18,934 bases of DNA, from positions 1 through 18,934 of the forward strand of contig JAXMOL010000080.1 in assembly GCA_034669905.1 (NCBI GenBank). Direction: 5' to 3'. The notes beneath the pieces were generated by a model. That model was given only the letters and a program-made list of their open reading frames with translations, ran no database searches and was not told the DNA's origin. Shown here in pieces: positions 1 through 7,430 of this stretch (within the stretch, counting starts at the first letter, position 1; every line of letters begins with the position of its first letter). A program made the position numbers and the translations under genes. The DNA is from Candidatus Hydrogenedentota bacterium (GTDB lineage: Bacteria; Hydrogenedentota; Hydrogenedentia; Hydrogenedentales; JAEUWI01).

Positions 1-289
1 GGGCACCAAACGAAACTACCCCGGTATCTTCCTTTGGAATACGGTCATTACTCATCAATAGGCTCCTTGCCCTCAACACTAATTCTTACAAGGAGACTGT
101 CTCAACTATTCTGGCACAGAGGGTAGCGGAAGCCAGGATCGGCAACAGCATCTCGCTATTTGGCGAATTCCCAATTGGGCATCCAAAGGTGTAGAGCTTA
201 GTCTGCAAAAATATAGCGACAATGAACAGCTCACGAAACTCGGAGAAAAAGCTGAAAGTATCTTTTGGGACTGGAGCGAAACGGCGAAT

Positions 290-2788
290 GTGGAATGGTG
301 TCGAGTAATGGAAGACCGACCAGAGATTGTGACACGAAGAGATGCAAGTACCCCGATGTCGTGGATTCAGGGAAAGACAATTATCCTCTGGGGCTGTGGG
401 GCAATAGGCGGGCACGCGGCCGAGTGGTTAGCCCGGGCTGGGGCCAAAAAGTTGATTCTTTGTGACAGCGGGGTCGTGACGCCAGGGATTCTCGTGCGCC
501 AATTGTTTCGCGAGGATGACATTGGAACGAAAAAAGTGGAGGCACTTGCAGAAAGACTGAAAAGTGTTAGAGCCGGCATTGATATCGAGTTGCATTCGGG
601 CAACATTCTCGACGCAGCGAGCTATGAGCAAATTTCAACTGTAGATCTCATATTGGATTCTACTGGAAATCGTTCATTGTCGCTCAAGTTGGAAAGTCTT
701 CGAAAACAGAATGATCTCAGCGTACCTCTGGCAGCGATGATGGTCGGTCACCAAGCCACACGGGGAATGTCATTGCTCTCGATGAAATCCTTCTCTGGAG
801 GACCCTACGATGTACTCCGAAAACTAAAGCTTGTCTGTGGAAGTGACTCAAAATATCTTCATTATCTGAACGAATTTTGGCCCGAAAATCGGCGCCCCAT
901 ATTTCAACCGGAACCCGGCTGCTCGGATCCCACATTTGTTGGCTCAGCGGTTGACATATGTGGATTAGTGTCCAATATGCTGAATTTAATGGTCACGGAT
1001 TTAGGCAAGAACGAATCAAAGAAGGCATTTACTCACCTACTCACTTCGCCGACCGAGCCAAATCGAAACGAGGGGCTGGCACATTTTGAAAGAGCACTGC
1101 TGCCTGATACAGTTTCCCTGGATCCAGATAATGGGTTTGAAATGAGAATCGCTCCGTCAGTCTTGAAGGAAATTAAATCATGGATTCGCAAGTCAGTGCG
1201 CGAAACCGACCTTCTGACGGAGACCGGTGGCGTACTCTTCGGCGAAATTGACGAATTGCTCGAAACAATTTGGATTTCCGACCTGCTTGGTCCGCCTTCA
1301 GACAGTTCCGCCTCCCACCAAGGATTCAATTGCGGCACCCAAGGTGTCAGCGAGTATGAAGAGTACGTAAATAAAAGGTCGCGGGGTTCGGTGCGCTATC
1401 TCGGCATGTGGCATACCCACCCAGGAGGAGAACCAGTACCCAGCCCAACGGACTTTGAAGCAATGCGCACGCTGGTAGAAAATTATGGTTCCAAGAATGC
1501 TAAGACTGTGATGCTTATCGTGGGAGGCTCGGTCGACAACATTCGGATAGGTGCCTACGTTTTCTCGGATAACGATTTTCATCAGACTGCCTCTTGTAAC
1601 TCATACCGACCTTGTGCAGTAACAATCCCTAGTGCCCACCGCGAGACCCATCGTATCGGACTTGCTCTTTCGGGAGGTGGATCTAGAGCAATTGCATTTC
1701 ATCTGGGATGCATGCGGGCATTGAATGACTATGGGATTTTAGAAGATGTTGAGGTGATTTCTACGGTTTCCGGGGGGGCGGTCATCGGTGCGATGTACGC
1801 TTATCGAGACGATGATTTTGAGTCATTTGAGGAAGAAGTTCTCAAGCTTCTTAGGTCCGGTTTGGCAAAAGGTATTGCCATCCGATTTTTATTTTGGCCG
1901 CCGAGATTCGTTCTCGCGATTCCAATGTTCTTATTAAACCTGGGATGGAGTTGGGTTTTCGGAATTCTCATGGTTCTGTTGAGTATCACCGGGGTCGGGA
2001 AGCAATGGAAGATTCCTCCCCTGCCACGACTAATCACCAGAACAAATGCCTTTGTAGCAACTCTTGGATCCAGTTTGTTTGGTGATAAAAAAATAACGGA
2101 CCAAACTCGAAAGGGCATGAGTGTTGTAATCAGTGCCTGCGAGCTACGAACTGGATCGGCGTTTCGTTTTGGAAATCGTGAATCCGGCTCCTGGCGATTT
2201 GGGAAGGTGGAAGGCAATGACGTGGCACTAAAGGAGGCTGTCGCTGCATCCGCAGCCTACCCGATCTTCCTGCCCGCGATTGACAAGTCGTTTCCATTTA
2301 TTGATAAGAAAAACGAAAAAATACGTGAGCGAGTGATACTTACGGATGGAGGAATCTACGACAATCTTGGCGTGACATGTTTGCTACCGGGAAGGTCCAA
2401 GGAAATTAGCTACAATACGTATTCCTCAGAGCGAATCATTTGCTGCGCGGCCGGAGCCGGGCTGTTCAGCCCTGACTCAATTCCTACGCGTTGGTTTTCT
2501 CGGATTTCTCGGTCGTTTGCTGCAGTCCACCGAAAGGCTCAAGATGCTCACTTTTCAATGCTCCATCAACTTAGGTATTCTGGAGAAATAGAGAAGTTTA
2601 TCTTGCCATACCTTGGCCAAATCGACGAATGTCTTCCGTATCAGCCTCCAGACCTTGTTAAGAGACAAGAGGTGATCGGTTATCCTACGGATTTCTTTGG
2701 TATGAAGGAAGAGAATATCGAAAAGCTGGCCAAGCGCGGTGAACAGCTTACTCGACTACTGATTAAGGCATACAAGTTTGACGAGTAG
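290..2788 (+). CDS. ThiF/E1-like adenylyltransferase + JAB/MPN+ metallo-isopeptidase + patatin-like phospholipase fusion (Cap2/Cap3-related); true start uncertain
   Basis: E1 motifs: WGCGAIG (GxGxxG, ~389-409), D...LVRQ, DSTG, and putative catalytic Cys in PGCSDPTF (920-922). JAB motifs: ETGG (E at 1220) and WHTHP-x5-PSPTD (HxH...SxxD, 1409-1453). Patatin motifs: LALSGGGSRA (~1661-1690), STVSGG nucleophile Ser (1769) and LTDGG (D at 2345). The frame is open upstream to 83 with no canonical start; in-frame stops at 80-82 and 59-61. Confidence 0.88.
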   Translation: MEWCRVMEDRPEIVTRRDASTPMSWIQGKTIILWGCGAIGGHAAEWLARAGAKKLILCDSGVVTPGILVRQLFREDDIGTKKVEALAERLKSVRAGIDIELHSGNILDAASYEQISTVDLILDSTGNRSLSLKLESLRKQNDLSVPLAAMMVGHQATRGMSLLSMKSFSGGPYDVLRKLKLVCGSDSKYLHYLNEFWPENRRPIFQPEPGCSDPTFVGSAVDICGLVSNMLNLMVTDLGKNESKKAFTHLLTSPTEPNRNEGLAHFERALLPDTVSLDPDNGFEMRIAPSVLKEIKSWIRKSVRETDLLTETGGVLFGEIDELLETIWISDLLGPPSDSSASHQGFNCGTQGVSEYEEYVNKRSRGSVRYLGMWHTHPGGEPVPSPTDFEAMRTLVENYGSKNAKTVMLIVGGSVDNIRIGAYVFSDNDFHQTASCNSYRPCAVTIPSAHRETHRIGLALSGGGSRAIAFHLGCMRALNDYGILEDVEVISTVSGGAVIGAMYAYRDDDFESFEEEVLKLLRSGLAKGIAIRFLFWPPRFVLAIPMFLLNLGWSWVFGILMVLLSITGVGKQWKIPPLPRLITRTNAFVATLGSSLFGDKKITDQTRKGMSVVISACELRTGSAFRFGNRESGSWRFGKVEGNDVALKEAVAASAAYPIFLPAIDKSFPFIDKKNEKIRERVILTDGGIYDNLGVTCLLPGRSKEISYNTYSSERIICCAAGAGLFSPDSIPTRWFSRISRSFAAVHRKAQDAHFSMLHQLRYSGEIEKFILPYLGQIDECLPYQPPDLVKRQEVIGYPTDFFGMKEENIEKLAKRGEQLTRLLIKAYKFDE

Positions 2789-2846
2789 TTGATTCCAGAA
2801 GTTCTGCCATCGATGACGAAGAAGTCCCCCTGCGGTATTAGCGAAT

Positions 2847-4343
2847 CTAAGATTGCGTCACGTCGGTATCGCAATTACTGAGACCGCATGGAGGAGTAGG
2901 TGGGGAGGTGATAGTCCACGAACTACTGGTGCCACCCAGATGAACACCGCTACCAGTAGATCCCTTTGTGGGGTGCTGTGCTGTTGCGAGTACGTCTCCA
3001 CAAGCCAATGTGGTTCCGGGAGCCGGGTCTTTGTGCCAAGTGCCGTGGTCCCACCCCTGGGATTCGTGATCCTGGACCGTTAGATCGACGGGATGATGAA
3101 TGCTCGACTTTCCATGACGGTTGTCGGGACCAAATGAATAGTGTAGTCTGCAATATCTCTGGCTTCCCGCAGAAGTGGAGGGCGGCGTGCTGCTACGAGG
3201 CATCTTGGCACCATGGTGAGGAACTACAACGCCAATATAATTGCTTGGTGGCTTTATCGAAGGTGCAAGCGGCACCAAGTCATAGCCTGAATCACCTGTC
3301 ATCAGCCACCCGTTAGCCGAGCTGAGATCTTCAATGATTATTCCGAGGCATGAGGCATTTCGGTTCTTAGGATTTCCGGTACATCGAAATATCTGGAATC
3401 GTTGACCACATCCAATCAACTTGCGGATCGGCTTTTTCTTATTACCCCAAACATGGACTTTGCCGCCTGCGCCTAGTATCGAATTTGCAAATAAGGTGTG
3501 TGACGCACCCAACGGTTGTCGAGGCACGATCCAATCTTTGGCGAGGGCCGGTGAGTTCAGAGGATCTGATGCTGCAGTCCAGTGGTCTGCATCCCAATGA
3601 GAGAGCACAATCACCTTAGTTGTCTTCAAACAAAAGCGCAGAGGGGTTGGTGTCGTATGTTTGTTCCCGTAGACTCCACAGCCCAGATCGAAATACATCC
3701 ACGGTGCCTTCCCAGAATTAATTAGCCCTACCGCCGCACCTTGCCCGACGTCATATGCCACTAGCTGCTCGAAGTGAACAGATGGATCTGGAAGAACTTT
3801 TCGAATTGCTAAATCCTTTGCGTTTGGCCAAGTGTCCATGTCAAAGACCAAATTCAATGACTTCTTTTCTTCCCTGGAAACTTCCGTGATTTTGAATCGT
3901 GACGTTGTGGGATCACCGAATATGTTGTTGTATATTTCCGCAGTAACTGGGCCGTCATCTTCCTGTTCTAAGAGTTGCCAGCTTTCCGGATCTATGATTG
4001 GCGATTTTGCGAAACAGGACTTGAATTCTTCAGATGTTAAGGTGATCACGAAATGAAATATGGACAGATTGTCGAACCTTCCAGAAATCTCACCGTTTGG
4101 CTCCCTGCTTTCACGCTCGAAGGCCGAACGCCAGTACTCGCGCCAATAGGTTCGTGCGGATTTCCCAAAGACTCCATATGGGGCAAGTGCAGATTCTAGA
4201 CTCGCCGCATCGACACCACTGAGCGAGATCACTATCTCGTCCGAGCGTTCTATATCTTGGGGCTCGATATCGTCAAAGCGAACATAAGCCGATTCTGGCG
4301 TGCGGAGTCTATGCTTTGCGTCACGCTGAAAAAAACTATTCAC
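2847..4343 (-). CDS. ComEC/Rec2-like metallo-beta-lactamase-fold hydrolase with an uncharacterised ~190-aa N-terminal region
   Basis: MBL motifs YDVGQG, YFDLG, LSHWDADH (HxDxDH variant of HxHxDH), MTGD and VPHHG. GTG at 4343 has GGAGG 8 nt upstream, so it is preferred over the TTG at 4358. Confidence 0.8.
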   Translation of the reverse strand: MNSFFQRDAKHRLRTPESAYVRFDDIEPQDIERSDEIVISLSGVDAASLESALAPYGVFGKSARTYWREYWRSAFERESREPNGEISGRFDNLSIFHFVITLTSEEFKSCFAKSPIIDPESWQLLEQEDDGPVTAEIYNNIFGDPTTSRFKITEVSREEKKSLNLVFDMDTWPNAKDLAIRKVLPDPSVHFEQLVAYDVGQGAAVGLINSGKAPWMYFDLGCGVYGNKHTTPTPLRFCLKTTKVIVLSHWDADHWTAASDPLNSPALAKDWIVPRQPLGASHTLFANSILGAGGKVHVWGNKKKPIRKLIGCGQRFQIFRCTGNPKNRNASCLGIIIEDLSSANGWLMTGDSGYDLVPLAPSIKPPSNYIGVVVPHHGAKMPRSSTPPSTSAGSQRYCRLHYSFGPDNRHGKSSIHHPVDLTVQDHESQGWDHGTWHKDPAPGTTLACGDVLATAQHPTKGSTGSGVHLGGTSSSWTITSPPTPPCGLSNCDTDVTQS

Positions 4344-4499
4344 GAAAACTTCCTCCAAACTGACAGTCTCTCACGTACTCATATACTCACTGAGGCCGTC
4401 GCCATTCTCCCGATTCTGTCACCCCGGCCGTGCAAACCAACTCTGCGTACCTCCGAGATAGTACGGGATAGGTTTTGACGGTGATAAGAATCTTTTCCT

Positions 4500-5426
4500 T
4501 CACAAATGGACCACCTCGACGCCGTATCTTTCTGCCAAATGGTCGGAGACACAGTGGCGGTGGCAATCGTGGGCTTGGTGCTCGAAGCAGGTGAGTGCGA
4601 TGCGACGGTGTTCTTCCAACAGGGCGCGCACCCGCTTCAGCGCGTCTTCCTGGCGCGGGAGCTCTTTTGCGTAGGTCTCGAAAAGGGCCTCACGAACGCC
4701 TTCTTCGTTCAGATTCTGGCGACTTTCTGAGTCAATACCGAGATCAGGGATATGCGCGTAGTCTATACCCAATTTGGGTAGCAGGGAGCCCAATGCCTTT
4801 CCCGAAAAGCCAAATTTCCGGCTCAGGGGATTTCGTCGTACGTCACACAGTAGCCGAATCCCGTTTTGGAGGAGCTTATTGACGTAGGCCTCAAAATGGA
4901 TGCCCTCATACCCCAAGGTAAACAACGTCTGCGCTGGTTCCGAATCATTGTTTACTGCCGCGTGAACCCGTGCGAGTTCGTTGTCGGTAAGGAGCCGTTC
5001 TTTCATTTCGCTTCGAATGGCGTAGTAGGGAAATCGTTGGTAGACTTCTCGGATAAGTTGGTCGCCCCGTTGTGTTTTTTCCGAGAGCCAACGTGTTAAC
5101 TCTAACCGCTCGGGGCTCTCCGAGGCCCATGCCTGACCGACCAACGAGGTTTGGAGCTTCACATGGGTCCGTCCGATCTCCAGCCACCCTCTTTTCTCCA
5201 ACAATTCCAAATCATCGGTAGCCAAGAAGGAGTAACATCCGTACTTGTAGGGTACGAACGCATAGTGAGACGTTCCTGACTCCTGTATGTAGAGAAAGAG
5301 TAGTTTTTGCAGGTCTAACTTGCTCAGATGGCCTTTGGCGGCATGGAGCAAAAATAGCAGGAGCCGCTGCCGATGGTAAACGGGCGGCGTCATAGGGCGT
5401 GCAGTGTTGCCCTTTAAGATTGACAT
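4500..5426 (-). CDS. DUF488-family protein with an N-terminal wHTH/Panacea(SocA)-like domain
   Basis: C-terminal half has LFTLGYEG, LLCDVRRNPLSRKFGFS, YAHIPDLG and CFEHQAHDCHR (CxE-x5-CHR), typical of DUF488. N-terminal KLDLQKLLFL...FVPYKYGCYS resembles Panacea/DarG-C-like wHTH. AAGGAG precedes the ATG at 5426. Confidence 0.82.
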   Translation of the reverse strand: MSILKGNTARPMTPPVYHRQRLLLFLLHAAKGHLSKLDLQKLLFLYIQESGTSHYAFVPYKYGCYSFLATDDLELLEKRGWLEIGRTHVKLQTSLVGQAWASESPERLELTRWLSEKTQRGDQLIREVYQRFPYYAIRSEMKERLLTDNELARVHAAVNNDSEPAQTLFTLGYEGIHFEAYVNKLLQNGIRLLCDVRRNPLSRKFGFSGKALGSLLPKLGIDYAHIPDLGIDSESRQNLNEEGVREALFETYAKELPRQEDALKRVRALLEEHRRIALTCFEHQAHDCHRHCVSDHLAERYGVEVVHL

Positions 5427-5723
5427 GGGTATTCTCCTTGGGCATATCCTAGCATTTCAGAGCGCTTGAGTCACTTCCAGTGCGTCAAGTGTGGCCGTTT
5501 TGGCGTCCGTCTGAAAGCGCTATGCCGTTGCTTCGCCGCCACAATCTCGACGACACCCGGCGAAGCGTATTGCCCTGCGCGGTGGATACCCTTGTTGCGC
5601 TAAAAATGCGCTATACTGGGTTACCCGGTTCGTCTTGCGCCGCAGCAGGGAGGGCCTGGTGGGTCAACGGTTTCCTGGTGCCGACGTATCGAAGCGCCCG
5701 GTCTTGGAACAGGTGGAGAGCGC

Positions 5724-7409
5724 ATGAAAAGTTTTACGTCCATGCTCTATTACTATATGGGGCATCGGGGTTCGCGGAGAAACCTGGGGGCGCTGGCCCG
5801 TTTTATCGTGGTGCTGGTCTTGCTGGTCACGGTGTGCAGTGTGATCTTTCATCTGCTCATGCTGCGGGAGGGGCGGGAGTATAGCTGGGTAACCGGGTTC
5901 TACTGGACGCTCACGGTCATGTCGACGCTGGGCTTTGGGGATATTACCTTCCATTCGGATCTGGGACGTGCTTTTTCGGTGGTGGTGCTGTTGACCGGGG
6001 TGCTCTTCCTCCTCGTGCTGCTGCCCTTTACCTTTATCGAATTCTTTTATCAGCCCTGGATGGATGCCCAGAAGGCGGCCAGTGTCCCGACGCGGGTGTC
6101 CGATGAACTCAGTGGCCATGTGTTGCTGACCAACTACGGCCCTATCGAACGGGTGCTCATTCAGCGGCTTGACCAATATGACTATACCTACGTGGTCCTG
6201 GCGTCCGATGCAGACGAAGCCCAGCGTATGCACGGGGACGGCGTTGAAGTGGTTATTGGTCCCTTGGATAACCCGGAGACCTATGAGAATGCACGGGCCG
6301 ATCACGCGGCACTTATCGCGACGACAGGCGATGAGATTCTGAATACCAGCATCGCGGTGGCCGCGCGGGCCGTATCGCAAAGCGTTCCGATTGTCGCCCT
6401 GGCGCGCCGTTCCTCGGCGGTGAGCGTCCTCAAGGTGGCGGGCTGCACGCGGGTTATCGAGCTGGGTGAAATGATGGGGCGCGCGCTGGCCCGTCGTGCG
6501 AATGGAGGTCCCACGGTTTCTCATGTGGTGGGCCGTTTCGGCGATCTGCTCATCGCCGAGGCCAACGCCGCAGAGACGCCCCTGGTGGGGAAGACCCTCA
6601 TCGAAAGCAACATACGCAACCTCGCCAACGTCAACGTGGTGGGGGTCTGGGAGCGGGGCATCTTCGAAGCGGCCCGTCCGGATACGGAAGTGGACCAGAA
6701 CGACGTGGTGTTACTGGCCGGTTCGCAGCAGCAATTGGATACCTTTGAAGGCCTTTGCCAGCGTGCGCCGCGCTCTTCCAACCTGGCGATTATCGTTGGT
6801 GGTGGCCGGGTGGGCCGTGCGGTGGCCACCCTGCTGGACGAATTGGGTATGAATTGGAAGTTGGTGGAGTCGGACCGGGAACGGATGCGCGATCCGGAGC
6901 ACTACGTCGTGGGCGATGCCACGGAGCCCAAAGTGTTGCTCGAGGCGGGGCTGGTCGAAGCGTCGACCATCATCATTACCACCCGCGACGACGACATTAA
7001 TATTTACCTGGCGATTTTCTGCCGCAAGGCGCGGCCCGACATCCAGATCATCTGTCGGAGCTCCATCGATCGCAATGTGCCCACCATGCACCGGGTGGGG
7101 TGTAACTTTGTGTTGTCTTACGCCTCGATGGGTGCCAATGCCATCTTCAACCTGTTGAAACGCAGCGATGTGCTCATGGTGGCCGAAGGGCTCGATGTGT
7201 TCCGCATGCCCTTGCCCGAATCGCTCATTGGCCGCACCCTGGCGGAGTCGGATATACGGCAGGCCACGGGATGCAACGTTATTGGCCTCGGCCGGAACAA
7301 CATTCTCAGCATCAACCCCGAGCCCACCACCGTGCTCTCCGAAGGCATGGAAATCGTGGTCATCGGGACGGTCGAAGCCGAGAACCAATTCCTGCAGAAA
7401 TTCTCCTGA
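5724..7409 (+). CDS. Potassium channel protein (2TM + pore) with tandem RCK_N/RCK_C (TrkA-N/TrkA-C) domains
   Basis: Two TM helices flank the pore sequence FYWTLTVMSTLGFGDI (TxGFG filter). Two RCK_N-RCK_C repeats follow, the second with GGGRVG and GDAT. GGAGAG precedes the ATG. Confidence 0.9.
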   Translation: MKSFTSMLYYYMGHRGSRRNLGALARFIVVLVLLVTVCSVIFHLLMLREGREYSWVTGFYWTLTVMSTLGFGDITFHSDLGRAFSVVVLLTGVLFLLVLLPFTFIEFFYQPWMDAQKAASVPTRVSDELSGHVLLTNYGPIERVLIQRLDQYDYTYVVLASDADEAQRMHGDGVEVVIGPLDNPETYENARADHAALIATTGDEILNTSIAVAARAVSQSVPIVALARRSSAVSVLKVAGCTRVIELGEMMGRALARRANGGPTVSHVVGRFGDLLIAEANAAETPLVGKTLIESNIRNLANVNVVGVWERGIFEAARPDTEVDQNDVVLLAGSQQQLDTFEGLCQRAPRSSNLAIIVGGGRVGRAVATLLDELGMNWKLVESDRERMRDPEHYVVGDATEPKVLLEAGLVEASTIIITTRDDDINIYLAIFCRKARPDIQIICRSSIDRNVPTMHRVGCNFVLSYASMGANAIFNLLKRSDVLMVAEGLDVFRMPLPESLIGRTLAESDIRQATGCNVIGLGRNNILSINPEPTTVLSEGMEIVVIGTVEAENQFLQKFS

Positions 7410-7430
7410 GCGTAGCCAGACTTTTCAGGC

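Noticed and set aside
290..2788. Calling the locus canonical CBASS (cap2-cap3-capV)
   Set aside because: No CD-NTase or E2 domain is visible in the window and the domains are fused. Upstream context is needed.
2847..4358. Beta-lactamase resistance gene or comEC
   Set aside because: The fold motifs are ComEC-type, but there is no signal peptide and no competence TM domain.
5430..5723. c-di-AMP (ydaO) riboswitch upstream of the K+ channel
   Set aside because: I could not find the conserved ydaO sequence blocks; only one short inverted repeat is present.
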